A stretch of DNA of 64,000 nt from Filimonas lacunae (GCF_002355595.1 NZ_AP017422.1:4900823-4964822); one strand, 5' to 3'; numbered from the stretch's first letter, positions 20,019-29,778 are shown. A program made the numbers and translations. Notes: generated from the letters alone by a model not told the origin.

Positions 20019-21224
20019 TTACTCTATTTTTGACGCAACAGTACCTATCTCATCCGCAGCAGTAAACGCTTTAAAAGTCAACTCCCACACCAGCCATAAC
20101 CACACAATAAAACAAGGCAGGGTTTTTAAAGAATAAGGCCGGATAAAATGATTACGGATATAGGCCGGGAACAAGTCTGTAGGCGACAAACTGGTTACCA
20201 ATAACACAAACACCAATGCTGCAATAGCCCATTTGCCAGGCTTAGGTTGTTGTAACATAAACCAGATGCCCACACCTGCTACAGCAATTACATAAGTAGA
20301 CGACTCAGAAGAGGTACTGAAAATCACCACCGAAATAAGCGCCAGCGCCAGGTATCTCAGGCGAAAGGAAAGAAACGCTGATTTTGAAAAGCGTAACAAA
20401 GGCAAGCCAAACAATAGCATAGCAGGCAATAAAACCTGGATATCTTTAAACCAGGAAGGATTAAAACCGTGCCGTATCATGCCCTGCACACAAAAATCCT
20501 GCATATGTGTAGGAGTCATATTATTTACACTTTCTGCCACCTTCCCTACCAGCGAATACCACCAGTCCTGGTAAGATTGTATTACAAAGTAAGGAGATGA
20601 AATCACCATGGGCAATGCAAACAGCACCACCAGCCAGCCGATAAACGACATCACAAAATTCCACTTGTGCCTGGAGAAGCAGAAAAAGGCCAACCCTACA
20701 ATGCCATATAGTTTAGTCATAAAGCCCAATGCGATGAATAAAGTAGCCCAACTATCCTTCTCTTTTTCCACCAGTGTAAAAGACAGTATGATAAAAGCAG
20801 CTACCAGCGCGTTGTATTGCACATTGTGAATAGAGGTCATCATTTCCAATGCCGTAATAAACAGGATGGCAGTGGTAGCCTTTCGATTCAATGGCAACTG
20901 ACGAATGGCGTACAATAACATAAAGGCACTGAACAAAGCCCAGAGTATTACCCCTGCTGTATCAGGCAACAATGCAAACGGGGCAATCAGTATACTGAAC
21001 ACCGGGCCGTAATGATTAAGATCTTCATATTCCTGCGGATAGAATAAATACAGGTTGCGTTGGTGTACGGTATGCCAGAATACATTTTTATAAACGAAGT
21101 AGTTGTTGATGGAATGATGAAGTATTTCGGCTAATACAGCCGCAAAAGCCATCCCAAACCAGATAATATAGATAAAAGGAACAGTACGGTTAAAAATGCG
21201 CACTTCTTTATGAATGAAGTTCAT
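20019..21224 (-). CDS. Polytopic membrane protein, DUF2029/GT87-like (putative glycosyltransferase-C fold)
   Basis: 401 aa with more than 10 predicted TM helices, the architecture of the DUF2029 membrane glycosyltransferase-like family. Confidence 0.4.
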   Translation of the reverse strand: MNFIHKEVRIFNRTVPFIYIIWFGMAFAAVLAEILHHSINNYFVYKNVFWHTVHQRNLYLFYPQEYEDLNHYGPVFSILIAPFALLPDTAGVILWALFSAFMLLYAIRQLPLNRKATTAILFITALEMMTSIHNVQYNALVAAFIILSFTLVEKEKDSWATLFIALGFMTKLYGIVGLAFFCFSRHKWNFVMSFIGWLVVLFALPMVISSPYFVIQSYQDWWYSLVGKVAESVNNMTPTHMQDFCVQGMIRHGFNPSWFKDIQVLLPAMLLFGLPLLRFSKSAFLSFRLRYLALALISVVIFSTSSESSTYVIAVAGVGIWFMLQQPKPGKWAIAALVFVLLVTSLSPTDLFPAYIRNHFIRPYSLKTLPCFIVWLWLVWELTFKAFTAADEIGTVASKIE

Positions 21225-21384
21225 GCGTGTATATATTAGGTGTTTATCTGGTAAAAGTAGTTGAAAAACAATTTGTACAAGAATCTGCCAGACCTATCAA
21301 AACGGTTGCTTCACCTAAAACAACCCCTGTATCAGTATTTTGCCGACCAGTTTACAATACCACCTGACGAAAAATCCCCCCTGT

Positions 21385-21418
21385 AAAAGCAAACAGGCGT
21401 TCTATGGAACGCCTGTTT
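21385..21418. terminator. Hairpin terminator downstream of the glycoside hydrolase gene
   Basis: Stem aaacaggcgtt / aacgcctgttt around a ctatgg loop. Confidence 0.45.
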
Positions 21419-21447
21419 GACACTACTCTTTATCCATATCCACACAT

Positions 21448-24309
21448 TTATAAAGACGAGCTTACTTTTTTCAACGGCGTTAACGTTACATTACCATTTA
21501 TTCCCGAAGGCAGTGGATTCCAGTTGATAGCCGTAAACAAGCCATCGCTGCCCCTGTTGGCTTTGTCGTGCGCCTGAAAGTTGGTGTTATAAAATATCCT
21601 GTAAGGTACCTGGTGTTTATCCATATCAATGATCCGGTTAGCCATCAGGTTGGCTACTTTTATTTCCAGCTGATTTTGCGGCTGCAAAGCAGTGGCAGGA
21701 ATATCGATAGAATAATCCGGCCCCAGTAAAGTAATCAGCTTCTTACCATTCAAATACACTTCCGCACTTCCATACACCTGGTCCAGGTGTAAACGCCAGG
21801 CTTCGGCGCTACCCTGCGGCGTTGCAAAACCGATCTGGTAAGCAGCGATACCCGAAAACGCTTTTACATCTTCGCCACCTAGTTCAGTCCACGAAACCAA
21901 CTTGTCTGTTGTAACAGGTTGTGGCAAAACAGGACCGCCTTCTTCAAAACGGATAGTCCACTTGCCTTTTATTGATACCCCTTGTCCTGCAGGCTGATAA
22001 TATACGTATGCAGCTCCCTGCTGTGCCTGTACATAAGTATGCAAAATGCAGCTTTCGCCGGGTTGCAGTTGCAGATATACCGCTGTTTGCCCGTCAGACT
22101 GTTGTTGTACAGCTGCCAGTCCCGCTTGCTTTTGCATAGGATCATATACCACTACAGATGCGGCATGGGTAGCCAGGCTCACCTGCTTTTCAATAGCCTT
22201 ATTGCCGGCATTGGTTACAAAATAGCAATAACCATCCTTATCCCTGCGGCGTACAAACTGTAAGCCTTCGTCTGTCATCACCTCCCGCTGAATGCCCGCT
22301 ACCTGTAATAAAGTAGTAATATCATCCGCCAACACTACTCTTCCCGTGCCTATGCTGGCCGTTTTAACACCATTGACATCTGCAAATTGCAGGGACGACT
22401 TTAAAGCAGCAAAGGTTTTGCGGCGCTCTTCCAATTGCCCCAGTCCCGGAACATCCACAGGCAGGTTTTTATATACCAGCACAGTTGCACCTTCTTTAGC
22501 CATGCTCACCACCTTATTCCATGTAGTCAGCGGCATGTAGCGGCAGTCGGGCAACACAATGGTTTTATAGGGCTGTTTGCCGGATAACAACTTAGCTCCT
22601 TCTGCCTTCATGGCAGCAATTTGTTTATCAGATATAAAATCGAATGTATACCCTTTGTTCAGCATCGTTTCAGATACACTGGCAAAGCCGGTTCCGTTAA
22701 AGTCGGGCTTCAAAGCATCGTAATGTTTCAGCAAAGCACTCCCGGGTTCGGCATAACTATCATATACCGGGTAATATATCAGCACATCATTATCCGGCGT
22801 ACCCTGTTGCAGGAAAGACTGGCAACGGGCAATGTATTCGTTTAAAGTGCTAAAGTGCTTCCAGAACGGATTGGTGGGCTGAAAATGCACAGCGGCATAA
22901 AACAACCATCCCGGCCAGGGCTCATCTTTGGGCGAATAACTGATACCATGATAAAAGACATGGTTTACACCCCCTACAAAGAATTTATCAATAGCTTGTT
23001 TTACATCTCCTAAAGAAGACAGAAAATGATCGTGCAGCCAGGTTGCCGATTCGGAAGAAGCCAATGGCTTACCGCTTACATGTGCTGCTGAAGTAGCAAA
23101 CTTAAAACGGAGCACATCATTTCCTTCTGTTTCCGGGATATCGATAGCAGCATACAAATCCAGGATGTTGGCTGGTGAGCCGTGCGACTGGTTACGGATC
23201 AACGCACCTTTGGCACTGCCCCAGACATGCCAGGGCCGGGTAAAATTATCCAGTAACAGTTCGGATATGGTTTCGCGGTAATCACACACTACCCGGCTAA
23301 CGGTTTCCTTATCCCCATCGCCAAACAAAGCAGGCAAAAAAAACCGGAGATCGTAACCACGGCGTTTGATAAACTCCGCAAAGAATGCCGGTGTAAAGTT
23401 GGATTGACCACGCGCATCATCCACCTCATAAGAATCGTTGAAAAAAGCGCGGATACCACTGAGATCATGCCCTTTAAAAGCGGAATCAAAATGTCCTAAA
23501 TAATGAGCAAGAGCTGTTTGAGAAAAGTGATCTATTACAAAGCCTTCCCCGCCAGGCGCTGCTCTTTCCACCATTTTACCATGATCGCCAAGAAACAACG
23601 CATATAAATGCCAGTCATTCCCCGCAGGCGCTGTCCAGTTTAAACGTCCATCCTTATCTACTTTATTGGTAAGATCCATTTTTTTGCCTTTACCGTTATA
23701 TGCCATCAGAATGGTCAATGGTAAATTCCTTTGAAACCGCAGCTGATCTAAAGCCATTACCTGCAGGTTAGCATTACTGCCATAAGGCTGTTTAATATCT
23801 TTAATATCCGGCGCTACGCCATCGGCACGCACCAGGGGCTGCTGCACAAACACTATCGGTTCATCCAGCTTAGCGCCCCCTTTCACTTCATACTTTTTCC
23901 AGAACAGCTCTTTACTGGCATCGTTATCCGACACCCAGGGCCCGCCAAATGGCCAACCTGTTGCATTGGCAACATCAATGCCCATATCCAGCCGTTTGCC
24001 CTCCTGCAAAGTATATTGCAGCATGTTTATCCACTGCGGGGAAAGAAACGGAATAAACTCCTTTTCGTGCCCCTTTACGCCATAGATAGGCGTTATTTCC
24101 AAACCTCCCAGACCTGCCTTGCTATAGGTTTCCATATTCCAGGAAAGATCCTTTTTATTCACCGCACTGCCTTCCCACCACCAACGGGTCCAAGGCTTAG
24201 CCTGCCTGGTTACTTCCGGCCAGTTCCACTGCGCGCCGCACTCTACAGCATACAGGGAAAGGGCAGCCAATGCCATCACTTTTAACTTGTTACTACGTGT
24301 ATGATACAT
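21448..24309 (-). CDS. Large secreted glycoside hydrolase (GH106-like 'glycosyl hydrolase' family)
   Basis: Signal peptide from the M at 24309 (an alternative upstream ATG is at 24357). The N-terminal KPWTRWWWEGSAV...GLGGLEI block is characteristic of this roughly 1000-aa Bacteroidota hydrolase family. 953-969 aa. Confidence 0.55.
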   Translation of the reverse strand: MYHTRSNKLKVMALAALSLYAVECGAQWNWPEVTRQAKPWTRWWWEGSAVNKKDLSWNMETYSKAGLGGLEITPIYGVKGHEKEFIPFLSPQWINMLQYTLQEGKRLDMGIDVANATGWPFGGPWVSDNDASKELFWKKYEVKGGAKLDEPIVFVQQPLVRADGVAPDIKDIKQPYGSNANLQVMALDQLRFQRNLPLTILMAYNGKGKKMDLTNKVDKDGRLNWTAPAGNDWHLYALFLGDHGKMVERAAPGGEGFVIDHFSQTALAHYLGHFDSAFKGHDLSGIRAFFNDSYEVDDARGQSNFTPAFFAEFIKRRGYDLRFFLPALFGDGDKETVSRVVCDYRETISELLLDNFTRPWHVWGSAKGALIRNQSHGSPANILDLYAAIDIPETEGNDVLRFKFATSAAHVSGKPLASSESATWLHDHFLSSLGDVKQAIDKFFVGGVNHVFYHGISYSPKDEPWPGWLFYAAVHFQPTNPFWKHFSTLNEYIARCQSFLQQGTPDNDVLIYYPVYDSYAEPGSALLKHYDALKPDFNGTGFASVSETMLNKGYTFDFISDKQIAAMKAEGAKLLSGKQPYKTIVLPDCRYMPLTTWNKVVSMAKEGATVLVYKNLPVDVPGLGQLEERRKTFAALKSSLQFADVNGVKTASIGTGRVVLADDITTLLQVAGIQREVMTDEGLQFVRRRDKDGYCYFVTNAGNKAIEKQVSLATHAASVVVYDPMQKQAGLAAVQQQSDGQTAVYLQLQPGESCILHTYVQAQQGAAYVYYQPAGQGVSIKGKWTIRFEEGGPVLPQPVTTDKLVSWTELGGEDVKAFSGIAAYQIGFATPQGSAEAWRLHLDQVYGSAEVYLNGKKLITLLGPDYSIDIPATALQPQNQLEIKVANLMANRIIDMDKHQVPYRIFYNTNFQAHDKANRGSDGLFTAINWNPLPSGINGNVTLTPLKKVSSSL

Positions 24310-24544
24310 ATTGCAAACAGCTTTTAAGCCAATAGATATACCTGGATAAACAGCCAACCGCCGGGAGATGCAAGCACTATATGCGTGATTTTATGAGCAA
24401 ACAATTATACTGTTGTCAGGCAGCAGCCAAGTTAGCGGACAGGCACACGACTTGCGTCCTGTGCTGTCCTGCATAAAACAGCCTTCGTTCATTTTACCTA
24501 AAATACTATATTTAACCACCTAAACTTTTAAAACCTGAACCATA

Positions 24545-25774
24545 ATGAATACATCAGTAATCGAAAACAAGATTTCTACCCACAAAAACGTGCTGGTTGT
24601 TTTACAGGAAGACAATACTCCCCCTGATGCCGAAAACCGCTATTTAATGGATCACTTTTGTGGAAAGGTAGTACACAGCTTTGCAGAGATACAGCCAACG
24701 CAGGAAAGAGTGTATGTATGTGGCAATATCAACGCTACACAAGAAACGCCCGGTGCCTTCTTTATTATCAAAGAGCTATCCACCAATTACGAAAGCTACC
24801 CTAACAACAACACCCGGCTCATCACACTAGGCGAAGTCCCTGTTGTTATCAGTAATGCCGGCGTATACTTTAGAAAGCTATTTACAGGCAACGACTATTT
24901 TCATAAAATAAAATCAGAGCACAACTTCCAGGAGCTCACAGAATCGAATAAACAATCCAAAGCTTTCCGCAAAGGCATCTACTTAACCAACATTACCAAA
25001 GAAGAAAAGGAAGATGGCAAAGAAGCGTTGCACTACCGCCTGTTAAGATGTTCCAGCAATTTAACCGGTCCTACAGATAACTTCCGTACTACCGACCGCG
25101 AAATTATACACCTGCTGAATGATGCCGCAAAATATGTTTTTGAGTACCCGACAGATCTCAATCACGTACTGGCACAGATATATGAAAACAAGAAGAGAAC
25201 AGATGGCAGCGAGAAAGAAGATAAAGCCAGGATTAAAGCGCATTCCGATAAAACGAAAGACATGCCCCAGGAAGGCCTGATTGCTTTTTGCACTTTTTAT
25301 GAAAACGCAGATGCCAGTCACCTGAAGCCCTCCGCTACCGACAGGTATGATGTATGCTTTAAAGATGTGAGCGGCTTAACAAAGCTGCACTTTAAATTAA
25401 AAAGCACCGTGGAAGATGCGTCTTTAGAAAAAGAATTCAGTGTTACCTTATACCCTGATTCTGCTTTCATTATCCCGCTTTCTACCAATAGATTATACAC
25501 GCATGAAATCAGGCCATCCATGCTCAACGCCGACCGTATGCCTACCAGGCTGGGCTATGTGGTTCGTTGCTCTAATGTAGAAGCCCGGTATATCGATGAC
25601 CAGGCCTATCTATTTGAAAACGGGCAGCTTATTCAACTGGAGCCCATCACCACAGAAACCCACCAGGAATTGAAGGGTGTTTACTACAAAGAAAACATAT
25701 CAGAGAAAATAGTGCAATACGGCAAAGTGCATTTTAGCATGAATACAGGCGATTACGAAAAACCTATTTACTAA
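24545..25774 (+). CDS. 2OG-Fe(II) dioxygenase-fold protein (AlkB-like C-domain) with a ~230-aa N-terminal extension of unknown function
   Basis: The C-terminal half carries HSD...(GLIAFCTFYENAD)...LYTHEI...RLGYVVRCS, which is HxD...H...R spacing. It aligns with the downstream paralog (FCTFYENAD versus FSCYENPD). GC is about 35-40%. Confidence 0.5.
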   Translation: MNTSVIENKISTHKNVLVVLQEDNTPPDAENRYLMDHFCGKVVHSFAEIQPTQERVYVCGNINATQETPGAFFIIKELSTNYESYPNNNTRLITLGEVPVVISNAGVYFRKLFTGNDYFHKIKSEHNFQELTESNKQSKAFRKGIYLTNITKEEKEDGKEALHYRLLRCSSNLTGPTDNFRTTDREIIHLLNDAAKYVFEYPTDLNHVLAQIYENKKRTDGSEKEDKARIKAHSDKTKDMPQEGLIAFCTFYENADASHLKPSATDRYDVCFKDVSGLTKLHFKLKSTVEDASLEKEFSVTLYPDSAFIIPLSTNRLYTHEIRPSMLNADRMPTRLGYVVRCSNVEARYIDDQAYLFENGQLIQLEPITTETHQELKGVYYKENISEKIVQYGKVHFSMNTGDYEKPIY

Positions 25775-25785
25775 ACCTATTCCGG

Positions 25786-26580
25786 ATGAGTAATACCGCA
25801 TTTCATAAAATCACACTGAATTTTCCGCATAACTTATTTTCCGAATTGGCGGGCTCAACAACGTTTGAGCCCGTTATAAAAGGCCGCACCGGCAATCACC
25901 TGGTAAAGCCAGAGGATAAAGGTATACCCATAGTACGCACCACTACCCGGTACCATATACCTGCTAACACCTTCTCTGCCACGCACCAGCGCATTGCAGA
26001 CAGAATCTATGCTACTATCCGTAATAACAACCCGGCCAACATTCCTGCCCTGCATTTTAACAATGCCCTCATAGAAGTGTATGATGCAGTATATGCCAAA
26101 ATGAATTTTCATTCCGATCAAAACCTGGATCTGGCCAATGATTCTTACATAGGCCTGTTCTCCTGTTATGAAAATCCGGATACACTTACCGAACAGCATA
26201 TCCGAAAACTAAAGATCAAAAACAAAGTAACGGATGAAGAGCATGAGCATTCTTTAACCCAGCATTCGGTTATCCTGTTTTCATTAGCCACCAACACGCA
26301 ATTCCTGCATAAAATTGTATTGAATGTGCTCCCGAATGCAAAACCACTGGCTACAGACAATAAATGGCTGGGCATCACTTTTCGCACCTCAAAAACCTAT
26401 ATTCAGTTTAAGGATAACCAACCCTATTTTAGCACCGGGCAACCACTCACAATAGCGAACGAAGAACAGGCTACCGAGTTCTTCAAACTGAGAGGACAAG
26501 AGAACAGAAATGTAGATTTTGAATACCCTGAACTTACTTATACTATCAATCCGGCAGATACCATGATGCCGAAATCATAG
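25786..26580 (+). CDS. AlkB-like 2OG-Fe(II) dioxygenase
   Basis: MNFHSDQNLDLANDSYIGLFSC (HxD), FLHKIVLNVLP (second His) and WLGITFRTSK (compare AlkB NLTFRQ, the 2OG-binding Arg) at AlkB-like spacing; 264 aa. Confidence 0.55.
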   Translation: MSNTAFHKITLNFPHNLFSELAGSTTFEPVIKGRTGNHLVKPEDKGIPIVRTTTRYHIPANTFSATHQRIADRIYATIRNNNPANIPALHFNNALIEVYDAVYAKMNFHSDQNLDLANDSYIGLFSCYENPDTLTEQHIRKLKIKNKVTDEEHEHSLTQHSVILFSLATNTQFLHKIVLNVLPNAKPLATDNKWLGITFRTSKTYIQFKDNQPYFSTGQPLTIANEEQATEFFKLRGQENRNVDFEYPELTYTINPADTMMPKS

Positions 26581-26665
26581 CTTTTACCTTACCGGAAGCA
26601 TAGGTTAATATTTTAAGGATATTAAGTATATACATCCCCCTTGTTTCTGTTGTAGTTCATACAAA

Positions 26666-27406
26666 CTATAACATCAGCTTATCTAATACATAGGCATCAA
26701 CCCATGCTGGAATATTATTATCGATCACTTCTATAGTAGTTCCATTTACAATCTCCAGCACCAGTCGATAGTGATCATCTGAGTTATCTATCACAAAACA
26801 TCTATAGCAGTAAGGAATCATTGATGATAACAATGTCATAGAACGAACATAGCGATCTCTGATTTTCTGCTCACTTACTGGATGACCTCCTTTGTTAACA
26901 CGAGCTGCAACTCTTGCTACATTGATATCTGCTGACTCAGTGGAGATAAAATAAAGATAATTTTTAAAGCCTGACTTAGCGGAGCGCTGAAGCATCTCGA
27001 GCTTAGATTCATGAGACATCACAGTTTCGAATGAGAAGGTTTCACCCTGATCTAATAACAGGTTTCTAAGGAAGTCAGCTATAAGCGCAGCAGCATAGGA
27101 ATTAGCCTGCTGATCAACCTTTATAACATTGTTGGAAAATGATATACCTATTTGCAATCCTTCATTTTCCGCCTTAGCCAATAGTGTAGAATGTTGTAAA
27201 AAAGCAGCGAAAGCAGGAGCCGTAGATGCTAAACCATAATCTCCCAGGTTAATAAATCCTTTGTCACGGCAAGCTTTTTCAATATCGTCAGCATTGACAT
27301 ATGCCCCAGTGGCTACAAGTTTCTGAATTTCTTTAATAATGGTGCTTTTGCCTGAGCCATTGGGGCCTGCAAAAACACGCATTCTCCGGCTAGCCTTTTT
27401 TGACAT
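26666..27406 (-). CDS. Zeta-toxin / AAA_33-like P-loop kinase (toxin-like component)
   Basis: The Walker A motif FAGPNGSGKST at the N-terminus, the ~246-aa size and the fold pattern match the zeta-toxin family. Confidence 0.6.
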   Translation of the reverse strand: MSKKASRRMRVFAGPNGSGKSTIIKEIQKLVATGAYVNADDIEKACRDKGFINLGDYGLASTAPAFAAFLQHSTLLAKAENEGLQIGISFSNNVIKVDQQANSYAAALIADFLRNLLLDQGETFSFETVMSHESKLEMLQRSAKSGFKNYLYFISTESADINVARVAARVNKGGHPVSEQKIRDRYVRSMTLLSSMIPYCYRCFVIDNSDDHYRLVLEIVNGTTIEVIDNNIPAWVDAYVLDKLML

Positions 27407-27725
27407 GCAATACAGTTCCTTTAGTGAAGACTCTCTTATTGATTGCGGTGGTATGTTGTTCTATTTTGCTAAGTCTTTCCACATCGCCATTACTATTCTT
27501 TTGAACTACCCATCCATCCTCCGCCACAACAATTGGTATATTCAAAGCTTTATTTTCGTTAATAGCATTTGCAGCAGCACTGCGTGCTATTTCTGTAAAA
27601 AACTGTTTGTCATGTTTGTCTTCCACTTCACTTAAAGAAGAGTAACGTGATTCCAACCGGCGATAAAACATTCCGGTACTTGATATTCTAAGTTTAGTTC
27701 CTTTCTTTCTTTTCGGATTTGCCAT
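27390..27725 (-). CDS. Small basic protein translationally coupled to the zeta-like kinase (putative antitoxin/partner)
   Basis: 111-aa ORF whose stop overlaps the kinase start by 17 bp, the typical type II toxin-antitoxin arrangement. Confidence 0.45.
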   Translation of the reverse strand: MANPKRKKGTKLRISSTGMFYRRLESRYSSLSEVEDKHDKQFFTEIARSAAANAINENKALNIPIVVAEDGWVVQKNSNGDVERLSKIEQHTTAINKRVFTKGTVLHVKKG

Positions 27726-27844
27726 GGCCTGCTATTTTAATATACAACCAGCATAGCTCAATATACAATTTTTCGAAAACATTGTAAATAGGAATGTTGA
27801 TAGTATTGGTAGATAACAATTCACAAAAAAAGGAAATGGTTTAA

Positions 27845-27877
27845 AAACAAAAAAGCTCACATTCCTGTGAGCTTTTT
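27845..27877. terminator. Bidirectional hairpin terminator flanking the tRNA 3' end
   Basis: Stem aaaagctcaca / tgtgagctttt around a ttcc loop, with T/A runs on both sides. Confidence 0.5.
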
Positions 27878-27878
27878 G

Positions 27879-27952
27879 CGGACCGGACGGGACTCGAACC
27901 CGCGACCTCCGCCGTGACAGGGCGGCATTCTAACCAACTGAACTACCGATCC
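27879..27952 (-). tRNA. tRNA-Asp (anticodon GTC)
   Basis: The reverse complement reads GGATCGGTAGTTCAGTTGGTTAGAATGCCGCCCTGTCACGGCGGAGGTCGCGGGTTCGAGTCCCGTCCGGTCCG. The GGATCGG/CCGGTCC acceptor stem, D-loop, CTGTCAC anticodon loop and GGTTCGAGTCC T-loop are all present, with G as discriminator. CCA is not encoded. Confidence 0.85.
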
Positions 27953-28150
27953 AAACCTTCCCTTTAGTGGCTTTCCACGTTACCGTTCTACCGTTTTGGG
28001 AGTGCAAATATAGGGGTAATTATTTTGAACCAACAAATTCTTTTTCAAAAATTTTCAAACTTTTTTTCCTGTGTAACTAATTGATACTGTTTTAAATGAT
28101 TGCAACACTTGTGTGGTGTAGATTTGAGCTACGGAAAAAATATATGCAGT

Positions 28151-28441
28151 ATGGAGAATGTTCAGTTTACTAAAGACGAAAAAGGAAATGGCAGCTTTTT
28201 TATCCTGGATGGAGACAAAAAAATTGCCGAAATGGTGATACACGAGGGTACCAACCATTTGACCGTTTACCACACCGAGGTACAACCCGAAGCCGAAGGT
28301 AAGGGTCTGGCCAAAGAGCTATTGAACGCCATGGTAAGCTATGTACGGGAACGGCATTATAAGCTGATTCCTTTATGCGTTTATGTAGCCGCACAGGTAA
28401 AGCGTCATCCGGAAGATTTTGCAGACATTTTACAGGCTTAA
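28151..28441 (+). CDS. Small GNAT-fold N-acetyltransferase (YjdJ/Acetyltransf_CG-like)
   Basis: About 96 aa from M at 28151 (MENVQFTKDEKGNGSFFIL...EGKGLAKELL...), the typical ~100-aa minimal GNAT family. Confidence 0.55.
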   Translation: MENVQFTKDEKGNGSFFILDGDKKIAEMVIHEGTNHLTVYHTEVQPEAEGKGLAKELLNAMVSYVRERHYKLIPLCVYVAAQVKRHPEDFADILQA

Positions 28442-28446
28442 ATTGC

Positions 28447-29778
28447 TTAATCCATTCCACCGCTTACCTGTATCCGCCATTTGCCGTTTTCCTTTACAAT
28501 GTAAACAGGCTCAAAGCTGATATTGGTAAGCCTGTCGGGATTCTTATAACGGATGACATAATCCGCCTTCCCTTCCACATCCTTTTCTACCTTGCTTGCG
28601 GCTATTAAAGCAGGCCAGCGTTTATCTAACGGGGTTAAAAAGGTTTTGGCTGCCCATACGGCTTTTTCGTGCAAAGCAGCCGTATCTACAGTGTCCGTAA
28701 TATTGGTAACGATGGTAGCAGCGTACCAGTAAAAATAGCAGCCACCAATATGTAAGCGTAAGCTATCCCCATTTGCCAGCGCTACTATTGCAAACTTCTC
28801 TTCTTTATCCCAGCTAAAAACCACATCCGGCTTCCAGGCGCGCAAACTCTTTACTGTAAACTTGTATATGCTGGTATCAAAAACACAATCGTCTGCCACC
28901 GGCTCTTTGAGAGAATGATTCACATGAGTGTCCAGCAGAGGCGTAGTGTCACCGGCCGCCATTTTAGCTATAACATCTTCCTGTACAGGGGCTGGATTAT
29001 CGGTTATGCCCGTTACCTTTGCTACAGCTGTAAGAATGCCACACACGGCAATGATGTAATACCAGAGCATACGTTTCTTTCTCTGATCCGGTACATTTTT
29101 ATTGGTGTGCATCTCATAAATACTCCACACCATTATAGCAGTAAATACCACACCGGAAATGGCTACAGCCGTTTTATTTTCCAGGAAATCTATCGCTACA
29201 AATGATCCCAGCATCACCAGCATAATCAACCAACGAAATTGCTGCATCCAGGGCTTTTTATTGGAAAAAGGCTGAATAGCCTGCAACAAAGCTTCCAGGG
29301 CTTCTTTGTTTTCTATTTGCGACGGAATGAAAATATGCGATGACTGGCTGTGCGCATAAACAGTAATACTATCGCTACTGCTTTTCACAATGGATTTTAC
29401 ATCTTTGTAATACAGTGTAATTTCCGGGGTACCTGCCTGCTGACGGACAAGACTATTATCCGTGATGGTTAAGGTATAGCTCTCTAATAATATTTTGCTC
29501 TTATGAAGTCCCCGTTTAATACCTCTTACCAAAAACAGGGCTATTACTCCTAACATCAACAACACCATCCATACATCCCACTCCGCTCCTGCTGGTTTAG
29601 TACAGTAAATGGTTAGCAATGCTATCAACACCGCAATTATACAAACAGGGATTATCTTTTTCAGGCTGACTTTCTTGTATTCCTCAAAAGAGCCGGGCAG
29701 GGTTTTAAATTGTTGCATGGATAAAATGAAGCAGTAAGGCTTTACTGCAAACTTACTGATAAACCACAAATTTGTCAC
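28447..29778 (-). CDS. Hypothetical polytopic membrane protein
   Basis: 443 aa with several TM segments in the N-terminal half and a soluble C-terminal domain. Confidence 0.4.
   Translation of the reverse strand: MTNLWFISKFAVKPYCFILSMQQFKTLPGSFEEYKKVSLKKIIPVCIIAVLIALLTIYCTKPAGAEWDVWMVLLMLGVIALFLVRGIKRGLHKSKILLESYTLTITDNSLVRQQAGTPEITLYYKDVKSIVKSSSDSITVYAHSQSSHIFIPSQIENKEALEALLQAIQPFSNKKPWMQQFRWLIMLVMLGSFVAIDFLENKTAVAISGVVFTAIMVWSIYEMHTNKNVPDQRKKRMLWYYIIAVCGILTAVAKVTGITDNPAPVQEDVIAKMAAGDTTPLLDTHVNHSLKEPVADDCVFDTSIYKFTVKSLRAWKPDVVFSWDKEEKFAIVALANGDSLRLHIGGCYFYWYAATIVTNITDTVDTAALHEKAVWAAKTFLTPLDKRWPALIAASKVEKDVEGKADYVIRYKNPDRLTNISFEPVYIVKENGKWRIQVSGGMD

Noticed and set aside
27390-27725. Possibility that the 111-aa ORF is merely an N-terminal extension or mis-start of the zeta-like kinase
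   Set aside because: It is in a different reading frame from the kinase (a 17-bp overlap) and has its own ATG. The kinase's Walker A sits right at its own N-terminus, as in genuine zeta toxins.
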